DNA from: Pauljensenia sp.
Lineage (GTDB): Bacteria; Actinomycetota; Actinomycetes; Actinomycetales; Actinomycetaceae
Assembly (NCBI GenBank): GCA_029983625.1
Contig: JASBZF010000001.1
Span: forward strand, 1 to 54,132
Reading direction: 5' to 3'
DNA: 54,132 nucleotides
The notes below the pieces were generated by a model that was given only the letters and a program-made list of their open reading frames with translations, did no database searches and was not told the DNA's origin. Numbering within the stretch: the stretch's first letter is position 1; each line of letters opens with the position of its first letter. Shown piece by piece: positions 18,568 through 29,059 of the stretch. The translations under genes were made by a program, and so were the position numbers.

Positions 18568-20289
18568 ATGAGCGACACGCAACCGGAACCCTACGAGGGG
18601 CAAGGTCCTGAAGTGTGGCGTGGTCCGATCCCCACGCCCGAAGTGCATACGGGGGAATCCACTTCGATCCCCGCTGCGAATGAGCAGCCTAAGGAAGTAT
18701 TTTCTGCTCGCCCTGAGGGCGTATCTGCCGTGAAAGAAGACGCTGCTCAGGAGCCTGAAAAAGCGCCTATGGTCCCTCCGCTGAACGCGGATGTGAGACG
18801 CGGTTCTCTTTCGGACACGACAGCGGCGATGACAGCGACTCCGGCGCCCTATCGTGGGCAAATGCCGCAGGGTGCGTATATGCCTCAGGTGTCACAGATG
18901 CCTCCCAGCGCACACATGTCGCCAAACGCGCAGCCCCAGGGGATGCGAGCCGCGCACGGTGCGCCACCGCGCGCTTGGATGCCCCCTACCGGAGCTACCG
19001 GGCCTGCGGGCACAGGGCCGAGCGCTCAAGGACCACAGGGGCCTTCAGTCTGGGCGACTGCACCTGCTGGAGCACAGCACATCCCCACGCCTTTTACTGC
19101 ACCCCGAGTGAAAGCAGCAAAACGAGGACCGAGCTGGTTTGCCCTTATCATTTCGATGATCCTGACCGCTCTGATCACACTTTCCGCTTCCTGGATTCTC
19201 ATGCAGACACGCCCCCTTTCGCGTCCCGTGCCAGTCTCATCGACCTCCCAGGAAGGTACAACGACCGTCACCCCTGTTACTTCCACTGGCAACAGTCCCG
19301 ATTGGCAGGCTGTCGCTTCTGCGGTTTCACCCGCCGTCGTAACAATCAATGTTGAAGGCTCTTCCAGTTCCGGGGTGGGTTCTGGTGTTGTCTACAACGC
19401 GCAGGGTGACATCGTAACGAACTACCACGTCATCTCTTCCGCCCTCGATGGTCAGGGAAGGATCACCGTTACTCTTGCTGATTCACGGCTCTTTGAAGCG
19501 CAGATTGTCGGTACCGATCAAACGACGGACCTTGCTGTGATCCGCTTAACCACCCCTCCGGCAGACCTGACGGTCGCAGCATTCGGTTCCTCAGCTGACC
19601 TCGCTGTCGGCCAGGAGGTAATGGCGGTAGGAGCGCCGCTTGGTTTATCGAATACGGTCACGACCGGCATCATTTCCGCTCTCAATAGACCTGTTGAAGT
19701 ATCGACAAGTGACTCAATTGATCCGAATGATCCCTTCGGTCAGCTCCCCCAGCTTCAGAATCGCGGGACAAGTTCTGCGGATTCGGTGATTACGAATGCG
19801 ATCCAGGTGGACGCTTCGATTAATCCGGGCAATTCCGGTGGACCCCTCTTCGATGCCAGCGGAAGAGTGATCGGCATCAACTCCTCAATCGCGTCCAACA
19901 CGGCTTCGTCAGGGCAAGCAGGTTCAATTGGCTTAGGTTTCGCGATCCCTGTTGATCTGGTGTCCTCGATCGCTGAACAGCTAATCACCACCGGTTCAGC
20001 CGACCATGCCGTGCTTGGTGTGACAGTCCAGTCAGCGGCAGCGCAGCTTGACGGAGCAGCGGTGGCGGGTGCAAAAGTGGTCGATGTGACCGCCGGAGGT
20101 GGAGCAGACAAAGCCGGACTGGTCAGCGGCGATGTCATTGTCGCCATCAACGGTGAAAGCGTGTCCTCGTCTAAGCAGCTCACGGGCTACGTCAGGCGCT
20201 ACAAAGGCGGAGACGAAGTGACGGTCACCTACGTGCGCAACGGCCAAAAGTACGATGTGGTGACGCAGCTGACTTCTCAGCAGAGGTGA
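18568..20289 (+). CDS. htrA: HtrA/PepD-like S1C serine protease with PDZ domain
   Basis: TNYHV, DLAVI, INPGNSGGPL triad motifs; TM helix; Pro/Ala/Gln-rich N-terminus; C-terminal PDZ. Confidence 0.92.
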   Translation: MSDTQPEPYEGQGPEVWRGPIPTPEVHTGESTSIPAANEQPKEVFSARPEGVSAVKEDAAQEPEKAPMVPPLNADVRRGSLSDTTAAMTATPAPYRGQMPQGAYMPQVSQMPPSAHMSPNAQPQGMRAAHGAPPRAWMPPTGATGPAGTGPSAQGPQGPSVWATAPAGAQHIPTPFTAPRVKAAKRGPSWFALIISMILTALITLSASWILMQTRPLSRPVPVSSTSQEGTTTVTPVTSTGNSPDWQAVASAVSPAVVTINVEGSSSSGVGSGVVYNAQGDIVTNYHVISSALDGQGRITVTLADSRLFEAQIVGTDQTTDLAVIRLTTPPADLTVAAFGSSADLAVGQEVMAVGAPLGLSNTVTTGIISALNRPVEVSTSDSIDPNDPFGQLPQLQNRGTSSADSVITNAIQVDASINPGNSGGPLFDASGRVIGINSSIASNTASSGQAGSIGLGFAIPVDLVSSIAEQLITTGSADHAVLGVTVQSAAAQLDGAAVAGAKVVDVTAGGGADKAGLVSGDVIVAINGESVSSSKQLTGYVRRYKGGDEVTVTYVRNGQKYDVVTQLTSQQR

Positions 20290-20292
20290 AGC

Positions 20293-20360
20293 GCTGCGAG
20301 TGTGTGGGGGTGGGGGGGGGGGGCCGTCTGCATACAGACGGCCCCACACCCACACGCAGC
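20293..20360. terminator. Hairpin between convergent htrA and menF, with a G12 run
   Basis: ggggccgtctg-cata-cagacggcccc core plus outer gctgcg/cgcagc pairing. Confidence 0.7.
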
Positions 20361-20364
20361 ATTC

Positions 20365-21618
20365 TTAAGGCAAAGTGCTCAGTCCGAATACTTCAAGAAG
20401 TGGCTGCATTTTTCGGCGAGTCTCGATGAGTTCTTCCGCAGGATCCGAATCCGGCATGATCCCGGCCCCGGCAAACACTCGGAGGGCGTGATCGTCTTCT
20501 TCGAGATGACCGCAGCGCAGTGCGATACAAAACTCGCCCTCGCCCTCGGTATTCATCCAGCCGACTGGCCCTGAATATCGGTCACGTTCCGTTGTTTCTA
20601 ACTCCTGAAGGAGGCAGAGTGCCGCTTCGCGCGGAGTGCCGCAAACAGCAGCGGTGGGGTGCAAAGCTGCAAGAGCTTCACACAGTGTGAGCTGTCCAAG
20701 AGTCGCCTCGACATCAGTGGCAAGGTGTGCAACATTGGGCAAATCAAGAACAAAAGGAGGGCCTGGTTTGTGAAGCGAGGCGACAAGAGGAGCAAGGGCC
20801 TTCGTGACCGATTCAACGGCGATCCTATGTTCGCGCAAGTTTTTCGAAGAGCCTAAAAGTTCTTCCCCGTGCCCCGCAGGGGCGGTTCCAGCGAGGACAC
20901 GTGAACGAAGATGACCTGCGGTGACTGAGGCCAGCATTTCCGGTGAAGCTCCGATCAATCCATCGACTGCGAAACGCCAGGTTGAAGGATAAAGCTCGTT
21001 GAGGCGTTTCAGCAGGAACCTAGGGTCGATGGGTGCATCCGCGTAAATGAGCATGTCGCGCGTCATCACAGCTTTGGCTGCGTCACCCGCTTTCAGACGT
21101 TCAATGAGTGTGGCCACTGATTCGACCCACTCATCCTGAGTCATCCGCCCGATCCGGGTCTGCACAGTCTGGTATAGGCGCGGGCTTTCGTGCGCCACAC
21201 GAGGCAGGAGGTCCAAAGGATCAGGAGCCTGGTCAATTCCCGTTGACACAGCCCAGCGTGCCCCGCCCTCGTCGATGATCAGGACTTCAGGGACAATGAG
21301 GGTCGAGGGCGTGTGCGCGGCAAACCCGAAAGAAGCGAAAGCGGTGAGGTGCTGCGATGCTGCGGGAGCCTGGTCGATCTGCGCGCGCGTACAGATCGCC
21401 TCCCACCAGCGTCCCGCTTCAACGATCGCTTCCTTTCCGGTGCCGGTCCAGATCGCGGAGGCACCCCAACCGACCATTGAACGCTGAAACCCCAGCCAGG
21501 CGAGCGGAGAACAACCGGCGGGAAGCAGATCGAGAAGAGGCGTTGATTCCCAACGCGTGCCCTCTAAAGAGGCGATACGCGCGTGAAGACGCGCATTCGC
21601 TAAGGGGTCGATCTGCAT
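20365..21618 (-). CDS. menF: Isochorismate synthase
   Basis: GASPE, LAGT, KNLREH, LHPTAAVCGTP, AGAGI; TAAAAT 7 nt before ATG 21618. Confidence 0.9.
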   Translation of the reverse strand: MQIDPLANARLHARIASLEGTRWESTPLLDLLPAGCSPLAWLGFQRSMVGWGASAIWTGTGKEAIVEAGRWWEAICTRAQIDQAPAASQHLTAFASFGFAAHTPSTLIVPEVLIIDEGGARWAVSTGIDQAPDPLDLLPRVAHESPRLYQTVQTRIGRMTQDEWVESVATLIERLKAGDAAKAVMTRDMLIYADAPIDPRFLLKRLNELYPSTWRFAVDGLIGASPEMLASVTAGHLRSRVLAGTAPAGHGEELLGSSKNLREHRIAVESVTKALAPLVASLHKPGPPFVLDLPNVAHLATDVEATLGQLTLCEALAALHPTAAVCGTPREAALCLLQELETTERDRYSGPVGWMNTEGEGEFCIALRCGHLEEDDHALRVFAGAGIMPDSDPAEELIETRRKMQPLLEVFGLSTLP

Positions 21619-21810
21619 AGCGCACATTTTACTCGCGCCCTCTGCCTGGATCGGGACGTGACGCTGAGTGCAGGCGAAGCGAAAGGAAGGGAAAAGAAGA
21701 GCGTAGCTGCGGTGGAAGAGGTATAGGAGGGGAGCTGAGTCGTCACGAACTGACTCGTCACTGGAAGACAGGTGAGGACTACTCCAAGAGGACGTGGGAG
21801 GATGGAGACT

Positions 21811-22533
21811 ATGGAGCGAGGAGCAGCAGGTGCGGTGCGTGCCGATCTCAATAAGTCAACACGCGATGTTGCGGCGATGTTTGACCGCGTGGCCACACGC
21901 TACGACCTGATGGATGCCGTCATGACGGCAGGGATGGATCACGTGTGGATGGCAGCGCTTCGTACAGCCGTCAAAGCGCATCCCGGTGAACGGATCCTTG
22001 ATCTCGCTGCGGGTACGGGTGCCTCTTCTGCTGCCTTGGCGAAAACTGGAGCACACGTCGTGGCCTGTGATCTGTCCGAAGGCATGATCGCCGTGGGACG
22101 TAAGCGCCACCCCGAGATTGAGTTCGTGCAAGGCAACGCACTTGATCTGCACTTCGCAGACGAATCCTTTGACGCGGTGACGATCTCGTGGGGCTTGCGC
22201 AATATCCCAGATCCTGCGCGTGCTTTGCGTGAAATGGCGCGAGTTGTTCGTCCGGGCGGAAAGCTTGTGGTCTGCGAGTTTTCGACACCTCCGAATCCAG
22301 CTTTCCGCACGCTGTATGAGCTGTATCAATCACATGTGATGCCCTTGCTTGCCGCTTTACTGTCCTCCAATAATGTGGCCTACGACTACCTCGTTGAATC
22401 GATCAGAGACTGGCCCGCTCAGGAGGAGGTCGCAAGGATGATCGCGGCGAACGGATGGGCGAAGGTCGAATATCGCAATCTGACCGGTGGTATTGCTGCA
22501 CTGCATCGCGCTGTGAAGCGACTTCCTGAGTGA
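21811..22533 (+). CDS. menG: Demethylmenaquinone methyltransferase
   Basis: MFDRVATRYD, LDLAAGTG, GLRN, CEFS, YDYLVESI; start approximate. Confidence 0.93.
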   Translation: MERGAAGAVRADLNKSTRDVAAMFDRVATRYDLMDAVMTAGMDHVWMAALRTAVKAHPGERILDLAAGTGASSAALAKTGAHVVACDLSEGMIAVGRKRHPEIEFVQGNALDLHFADESFDAVTISWGLRNIPDPARALREMARVVRPGGKLVVCEFSTPPNPAFRTLYELYQSHVMPLLAALLSSNNVAYDYLVESIRDWPAQEEVARMIAANGWAKVEYRNLTGGIAALHRAVKRLPE

Positions 22534-22749
22534 ATCGACAGCCTCGACAATGAATAAAGAATCTATTTCCTTTTCAAAATCATGGCCGAGGGCGAAAGTT
22601 TCACGCGGAAAAAATCGCATGAATACCGCTTTCGCACCCCAAAGCGACGCGAAGCATTACGCTGTCATTTCGGATCGCGGTGCAGTGCACACCGCTCCGC
22701 ATTGCACACCTGCGCAGACCCGTGCTGCGCCACTACGGGAGGACACCTC

Positions 22750-24030
22750 GTGGTCGATGAACTGACCGGCGACACTCGCGTCGCTGTCGTCGTCGTCGGC
22801 GCGGGTCCAGCGGGCGCTTCTACCGCCTACCACCTCGCTTCTGTCGGGATTGACGTCCTCGTCCTCGAAAAAGCTCAATTTCCGCGTGACAAGATCTGCG
22901 GTGACGGACTCACGCCCGCAGCAGTACACGAACTGATCCTCATGGGCGTGGACACGACGGGATGGAACCGTAATCGTGGCCTCCGTGTCATCGGTGGCGG
23001 ACATACCGTCGAACTTGAATGGCCGGACCAGAAGTCCCTGCCCGGCTACGGGATGACCCGCGCACGAGCCACCCTCGATCATGAGCTCATCACGCGCGCC
23101 GTCCAGGTCGGCGCGCGCCTCGTTGAAGGCGCTACCGTTACCGCTGCGCTTCAGGATTCAAGTGGTCGCGTCGTCGGGGTCACCGCAAAAATCGGCAAAG
23201 GCGCACACGCTCGACTCGTCGAAATCCGTGCAGATCTCGTGGTTGACTGCGGGGGAGTTGCTGCGCGCTTGGCAACTTCTGTAGGGATTGAGAAAAAGCC
23301 GGAGCGCCCGATGGGTGTTGCGGCACGCACCTATTTCCGTTCGCCGCGCGGGGATGAGGACTTCATGGAGTCCCATCTTGAACTCTGGAGCGGAAAACCT
23401 GGGGAATCTGATCTTCTTCCCGGATACGGGTGGATTTTCCCGATGGGTGACGGCATCGTCAACGTCGGGCTCGGTTCAGTTGCTTCCACGGCGAACGCAA
23501 CGAAACTTCCCTATCGACAAGTTTTTGAAACCTGGATGCGCAATATCCCTGAAGAGTGGGGATTCAGCGAAGCACACCAGATCGCGCCCCTTCGTTCAGC
23601 TGCTCTGCCGATGAGCTTCAATCGTTCTCCGCACTACACCTGCGGGCTTCTCCTCGTCGGTGATGCTGGAGGTATGGTGTCTGCTTTCAACGGTGAGGGG
23701 ATCGCCCCCGCACTCAAAGCGGGCCGTTTCGCCGCGCAATGTATCGCCCAAGCCCTCAGTCGTGCAGACCGAAGGGGCGTGGATCGCGCGATGAGCCAGT
23801 ACCCGCAGATGCTTAAAGCCGAATACGGCGGTTACTACCAGCTTGGCCGCATTTTTGTCTCTCTTATTGAAAATCCGCGAATCATGCGCCTGTGTACCAC
23901 AAAGGGGCTGCCGATTCCGCGTCTTATGACATTCGTTCACAAGCTCTTGTCGGACGGATACGAACGCGCCGGGGGAGACCTCGACGACCGCATCATCACC
24001 GCACTGACTCGTCTGGTGCCTTCGGCATGA
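22750..24030 (+). CDS. menJ: Geranylgeranyl reductase family menaquinone reductase
   Basis: GAGPAG, FPRDKICGDGL, GYGWIFP, GDAGG..FNGEGI; GGAGG before GTG 22750. Confidence 0.85.
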   Translation: MVDELTGDTRVAVVVVGAGPAGASTAYHLASVGIDVLVLEKAQFPRDKICGDGLTPAAVHELILMGVDTTGWNRNRGLRVIGGGHTVELEWPDQKSLPGYGMTRARATLDHELITRAVQVGARLVEGATVTAALQDSSGRVVGVTAKIGKGAHARLVEIRADLVVDCGGVAARLATSVGIEKKPERPMGVAARTYFRSPRGDEDFMESHLELWSGKPGESDLLPGYGWIFPMGDGIVNVGLGSVASTANATKLPYRQVFETWMRNIPEEWGFSEAHQIAPLRSAALPMSFNRSPHYTCGLLLVGDAGGMVSAFNGEGIAPALKAGRFAAQCIAQALSRADRRGVDRAMSQYPQMLKAEYGGYYQLGRIFVSLIENPRIMRLCTTKGLPIPRLMTFVHKLLSDGYERAGGDLDDRIITALTRLVPSA

Positions 24031-24064
24031 ACGGACGGCGAATGACTCGATTCATGGAGGAACG

Positions 24065-24424
24065 ATGACGAATCCCTACTTCCCGCTGCTCATCATGGCT
24101 GCGGCCGCCCTCGTGCTCGCCTTCGGCGGTCTCGTGGCCTCCGCTATCCTCGGGCCGACGAAGAAGTCGAAAGTGAAGGCGGACAACTACGAGTGCGGTA
24201 TCGAACCGACTTCTGCGCACTTGCACGAGGGGCGTTTCCCCGTGCGCTACTACCTCGTCGCCATGACTTTCATTATTTTCGATATCGAGGTCGTCTTCAT
24301 GTATCCGTGGGCCGTAAGCTTCGAACAGCTCGGCTTATTCGGTCTGATCGCTATGCTCATCTTCATTGCACTCATTACCGTGCCCTACGTCTATGAGTGG
24401 CGTCGCGGCGGTCTGGATTACTGA
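24065..24424 (+). CDS. nuoA: NADH-quinone oxidoreductase subunit A
   Basis: [22 protein letters not shown]. Confidence 0.96.
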   Translation: MTNPYFPLLIMAAAALVLAFGGLVASAILGPTKKSKVKADNYECGIEPTSAHLHEGRFPVRYYLVAMTFIIFDIEVVFMYPWAVSFEQLGLFGLIAMLIFIALITVPYVYEWRRGGLDY

Positions 24425-24443
24425 GGGACTGGGAGGAACATCA

Positions 24444-24998
24444 ATGGGTCTTGAAGAACGCCTGCCCGCAGGCATCGCCCTGACGAGCGTTGAGAAGATG
24501 CTCGGCCTCGCGCGCAAATACAGCCAGTGGCCCGTCACTATGGGCCTGGCCTGCTGTGCAATCGAGATGATGGCTGCCGGTACTCCGCGCTTCGACATGT
24601 CACGTTTCGGACTTGAGGTATTCCGCGCATCGCCCCGCCACTCCGACCTGATGATCGTCTCGGGCCGCGTCTCTCACAAGATGGCTCCGGTCATCCGTCG
24701 CGTCTACGATTCGATGCCGGAACCGAAGTGGGTCATCTCAATGGGTGCCTGCGCCTCTTCGGGCGGTATGTTCAACAACTACGCGGTTGTCCAAGGATGC
24801 GATCACATCGTCCCCGTCGATGTGTACCTCCCCGGATGTCCACCGCGTCCCGAGGCGCTGATCCACGCGATCCTGACTCTGCGTGAGCAAATCGGCAAAG
24901 AACCCCTCGGCGTTCATCGTCGTGAAATCGCACGCAAAGCCGAACAAGCGGCCCTTGCGGCGACACCGACTCACCGAATGAAGGGACTCCTCGCATGA
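24444..24998 (+). CDS. nuoB: NADH-quinone oxidoreductase subunit B
   Basis: [22 protein letters not shown] before ATG 24444. Confidence 0.97.
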   Translation: MGLEERLPAGIALTSVEKMLGLARKYSQWPVTMGLACCAIEMMAAGTPRFDMSRFGLEVFRASPRHSDLMIVSGRVSHKMAPVIRRVYDSMPEPKWVISMGACASSGGMFNNYAVVQGCDHIVPVDVYLPGCPPRPEALIHAILTLREQIGKEPLGVHRREIARKAEQAALAATPTHRMKGLLA

Positions 24999-25705
24999 GC
25001 GACGCGCTTGACACAACCGGCGCCGCCGAGCTTGGCGCTGCGAACAGGGCTTTCGGTGCCCCCGAACTCATGACCCGACGCGAGGGTATGTTCCCCGATA
25101 CTTCTGGATTCGGTGGACTTGTAAGCGAGAGTTTCCTCCCCGGAGAATCTTCGCGTCCTTACGGTGCCTGGTTCGACACGGTTGTGGATGTCCTCGAAGA
25201 ACTCCTCACTGCCGATGGCCTTGCAGTTGCCGACGTCATTGAAAAAGTCGTTGTCGATCGCGGTGAACTGACGATTTTCATCGTGCGTGAACATCTTGTC
25301 CGCGTTGCGAAGTATCTGCGTGATGATGCAGATCTCCGTTTTGAACTGTGCCTGGGGACAAATGGCGTCCACTACCCAAGCGACGCGGGACGTGAGCTTC
25401 ACGCCATTTACCCGCTCTTGTCGATCACCTACAACCGCATGATGCGTCTTGAGGTCACTTGCCCGGATGCGGATCCGCACATTCCCTCACTTGTGAGCGT
25501 TTATCCTGCAAATGACTGGCAGGAGCGTGAGACCTGGGATCTGATTGGCATTGTGTTTGACGGACATCCCTCGCTCACCAGGACTGCTATGCCTGATGAC
25601 TGGGTAGGTCACCCCCAGCGCAAGGACTACCCGCTCGGCGGCGTACCCGTCGAATACAAGGGCGCTACCGTTCCACCCGCCGATACGCGGAGGTCGTACA
25701 ACTGA
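24995..25705 (+). CDS. nuoC: NADH-quinone oxidoreductase subunit C
   Basis: [26 protein letters not shown]. Confidence 0.96.
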   Translation: MSDALDTTGAAELGAANRAFGAPELMTRREGMFPDTSGFGGLVSESFLPGESSRPYGAWFDTVVDVLEELLTADGLAVADVIEKVVVDRGELTIFIVREHLVRVAKYLRDDADLRFELCLGTNGVHYPSDAGRELHAIYPLLSITYNRMMRLEVTCPDADPHIPSLVSVYPANDWQERETWDLIGIVFDGHPSLTRTAMPDDWVGHPQRKDYPLGGVPVEYKGATVPPADTRRSYN

Positions 25706-27051
25706 TGAGCACCCCGATTTTCCACGCAGCGAACGGCGCGCCTATCGACGCCGACGAGATCCCCGAAGTCATGACGCAAGGCGGTGACTGGGCTGACGTT
25801 CTCAACGAGATCGAAAAGATTTCCTCGGAACGTATCGTTGTCAACATGGGTCCCGTCCACCCTTCAACTCACGGGGTTCTTCGTCTCATTCTTGAACTCG
25901 ATGGAGAAACAGTCCGCGAGACCCGCGTTGATACCGGATACCTGCACACCGGTATCGAAAAGACGATGGAATACCGTACCTGGACCCAGGGAACAACCCT
26001 GTGTACTCGCATGGACTACGTCGCTCCTTTCTTCCAGGAAGTCGCCTACTGTCTCGCCGTTGAAAAGCTCCTCGGTGTCACCGACGAGATCCCTGAACGC
26101 GCCAACCTGATCCGCGTGCTCATGATGGAACTCAACCGCATCGCTTCCCACCTTGTTGCGATCGGTTCAACCGGTAACGAGATGGGTGCGACGACACTCA
26201 TGACGATCGCTTTCCGTGGACGTGAGGAGATCCTGAGAATCTTTGAACGCATCACGGGTCTGCGTATGAATCACGCCTATATTCGACCCGGCGGTGTCGC
26301 CCAGGATATCGGTGAAGGCACACTCGACTACATCCGTGAGCTTCTTCCCAAAGCGCGTCGCGATATCGGTGAGCTTGAGGACATCACCAAGGAAAACCCG
26401 ATCTTCAAGAAGCGTTTGTGTGATGTAGCGGTGATGCCGCTATCGGCACTTATGGCGCTCGGCACTACCGGACCGGGTCTGCGTGCCGCAGGTCTGCCTC
26501 TCGATATGCGTAAGTCGCAGCCCTACTGCGGCTACGAGCACTTCGATTTTGATATTCCCGTGCGCGATAAATCCGATGTCTACAACCGCACGATGGTTCG
26601 TTTCGACGAGTGCTACCAATCCTTGCGCATCATCTATCAGGTGCTCGATCGCCTTCAGGCTACCGAGGGCGCACCCGTTATGATTGCCGACCCGCATATT
26701 GCCTGGCCTGCGCAACTGTCTGTCGCCACCGACGGTCAAGGCAATTCTCTTGAACACATCCGCGAAATTATGGGGACTTCGATGGAGTCGCTCATTCATC
26801 ACTTCAAGCTCGTGACCGAGGGCTTTACTGTCCCGGCTGGGCAGGTCTACCAGACGGTCGAGCATGCGAAGGGTATCCTCGGTGTGCATCTCGTCTCTGA
26901 TGGGGGAACCCGTCCCTTCCGGGCACACTTTAGGGATCCTTCTTTCGCGAATCTTCAGTCTTTGGCCATGATGACCGAGGGCGGCCAGCTGGCCGATGTT
27001 GTTGTCTCCTTGGCCGCTATCGATCCGGTCCTGGGAGGTGTTGATCGATGA
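25705..27051 (+). CDS. nuoD: NADH-quinone oxidoreductase subunit D
   Basis: [27 protein letters not shown]-terminal GGVDR. Confidence 0.97.
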   Translation: MSTPIFHAANGAPIDADEIPEVMTQGGDWADVLNEIEKISSERIVVNMGPVHPSTHGVLRLILELDGETVRETRVDTGYLHTGIEKTMEYRTWTQGTTLCTRMDYVAPFFQEVAYCLAVEKLLGVTDEIPERANLIRVLMMELNRIASHLVAIGSTGNEMGATTLMTIAFRGREEILRIFERITGLRMNHAYIRPGGVAQDIGEGTLDYIRELLPKARRDIGELEDITKENPIFKKRLCDVAVMPLSALMALGTTGPGLRAAGLPLDMRKSQPYCGYEHFDFDIPVRDKSDVYNRTMVRFDECYQSLRIIYQVLDRLQATEGAPVMIADPHIAWPAQLSVATDGQGNSLEHIREIMGTSMESLIHHFKLVTEGFTVPAGQVYQTVEHAKGILGVHLVSDGGTRPFRAHFRDPSFANLQSLAMMTEGGQLADVVVSLAAIDPVLGGVDR

Positions 27052-27761
27052 GTTTTTCTCCCGAAATTGAAGCCCGTTTACGTGCAGATTCCGCTGAAAT
27101 TATTTCGCGCTATCCAAGCGGTCATGCTCGTTCAGCGATGCTGCCGATGCTCCACCTCGTTCAGTCGGTGGACGGCTACGTGAGCCCGGATGGTATTGCA
27201 TTCATCGCCGAAGTCCTGGAGGTCTCGCGCGCTGAAGTGAGCGCCGTAGCAACCTTCTACACTCAGTACAAACGTCATCCCAACGGGGACTATCTCGTGG
27301 GCGTATGCACGAACGCGCTGTGTGCCGTTATGGGCGGTGATGATATTTGGGATGCTGTTTCTGAACGTCTGGGCATAGGTTCAGACGAGACGAGCGAATC
27401 CGGCAAGATCACCCTCGAACGTATCGAATGCAACGCGGCCTGTGATTACGCGCCGGTCGTGATGGTGAACTGGGAGTTTTTCGACAATCAGAGCCCAGAA
27501 TCTGCGCTCGCCCTCGTGGACGATATCGAGGCCGGTCGTCCGGTACATCCGACGCGCGGTGCCGATGTTGCGCCCACTTTCAAAGAGGTTGAGCGCACCT
27601 TGGCGGGATTCCTCGACGGTCATGAAAACGAAGGCCCCTCTGCGGGCGAGCCGAGTCTTTTGGGACTGAAACTCGCTGCCGCTCAGGGCTGGACCGAACC
27701 GGTCGCCGTCAATTTACCACATGACGAGGGCGACACCACCGAGGGAGGTGCGCAGGCATGA
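27048..27761 (+). CDS. nuoE: NADH-quinone oxidoreductase subunit E
   Basis: VATFY, CTNALC and CNAAC 2Fe-2S ligands. Confidence 0.96.
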   Translation: MSFSPEIEARLRADSAEIISRYPSGHARSAMLPMLHLVQSVDGYVSPDGIAFIAEVLEVSRAEVSAVATFYTQYKRHPNGDYLVGVCTNALCAVMGGDDIWDAVSERLGIGSDETSESGKITLERIECNAACDYAPVVMVNWEFFDNQSPESALALVDDIEAGRPVHPTRGADVAPTFKEVERTLAGFLDGHENEGPSAGEPSLLGLKLAAAQGWTEPVAVNLPHDEGDTTEGGAQA

Positions 27762-29059
27762 CATCATTTGCTGCACCGGGGGTTCTCACCCCGATTGTGT
27801 CGAAGGGCTGGGACGAGGAACGTTCCTGGACCCTTGAGTCCTATCTCAAGCGCGGAGGCTATGAGGGTCTTAAACGCGCGAACACGATGGAAGCAGCCGA
27901 TATCGTGGCCGAGGTGAAAGCTTCGGGGCTGCGTGGTCGAGGCGGCGCAGGCTTCCCGACCGGCCTCAAGTGGTCTTTCCTCCCGCCTGACGACGGTTTG
28001 CCCCGCTATCTTGTTGTGAATGCGGACGAGTCCGAGCCGGGCACCTGTAAAGACATTCCCACAATCATGGCGAATCCGCACATCCTCATCGAGGGCGTTG
28101 CGATTACGAGCCGTGCGATCAACTGCACACATGCCTTCATCTATCTGCGTGGCGAAGTCGTACACGTGTACCGTCGCCTTCTTGCGGCGATTAAAGAAGC
28201 AAGCGAAGCGGGCATTCTCGGCGATCTGAAGATCACCGCACATGCGGGTGCCGGAGCCTACATCTGCGGTGAGGAATCTGCGCTCCTTGATTCCCTTGAG
28301 GGACGACGCGGGCACCCGCGCATCAAGCCTCCTTTCCCTGCGGTCGCGGGCCTGTATGCGCGTCCCACGGTTGTCAACAACGTGGAATCGATCTGCCAGG
28401 TGTCGGGTATTTTCCGCAACTCTGCGCAGTGGTATGCGTCAATGGGCACTGAAAAGTCGAAGGGCCACGGTCTCTTCTCGATTTCAGGTCACGTGAAAAA
28501 CCCAGGACAGTTCGAAGCTCCCTTCGGGATCACCATGCGTGAACTCATTGAGATGGCGGGCGGAATCCGCGAGGGGCACACCCTGAAGTTCTGGACTCCG
28601 GGTGGTTCTTCAACACCGCTTTTCACCGAGGCTGAGCTGGATACCCCACTCGATTACGAGTCGGTGGGGGCTGCGGGTTCAATGCTTGCGACCCGGGCTT
28701 TGCAAGTCTTCGATGAGACCACTTCGGTGGTGCGTGTGATCGCCCGCTGGGCTGAGTTCTACCAGCATGAGTCCTGTGGGAAATGTACTCCGTGCCGTGA
28801 AGGCACCTACTGGATTAAACAGATCATGTTCCGCCTCGAAAAAGGTCAGGGCCTCCCCGGAGATGTGGATCTTCTCGACGAGATCGCGCATAACATTGCG
28901 GGTCGCAGTTTCTGTCCTCTCGGTGATGCGGCGGCTACACCGATCATGTCCGGTATTCAGCGTTTCCGTGAAGAGTTCGAAGCCGGTCTCACCACGCCTG
29001 CACGGGAACTCTTCCCCTATGAGGCATCCGCCGTCTACGCGCGAGGAGGTGTCCGATGA
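27758..29059 (+). CDS. nuoF: NADH-quinone oxidoreductase subunit F
   Basis: GRGGAGFPTG, NADESEPG, GAGAYICGEE, CGKCTPCREG. Confidence 0.97.
   Translation: MTSFAAPGVLTPIVSKGWDEERSWTLESYLKRGGYEGLKRANTMEAADIVAEVKASGLRGRGGAGFPTGLKWSFLPPDDGLPRYLVVNADESEPGTCKDIPTIMANPHILIEGVAITSRAINCTHAFIYLRGEVVHVYRRLLAAIKEASEAGILGDLKITAHAGAGAYICGEESALLDSLEGRRGHPRIKPPFPAVAGLYARPTVVNNVESICQVSGIFRNSAQWYASMGTEKSKGHGLFSISGHVKNPGQFEAPFGITMRELIEMAGGIREGHTLKFWTPGGSSTPLFTEAELDTPLDYESVGAAGSMLATRALQVFDETTSVVRVIARWAEFYQHESCGKCTPCREGTYWIKQIMFRLEKGQGLPGDVDLLDEIAHNIAGRSFCPLGDAAATPIMSGIQRFREEFEAGLTTPARELFPYEASAVYARGGVR

Noticed and set aside
24041..24056. Rex-like operator before nuoA (aatgactcgattcatg)
   Set aside because: Too many mismatches to TTGTGAA-N4-TTCACAA
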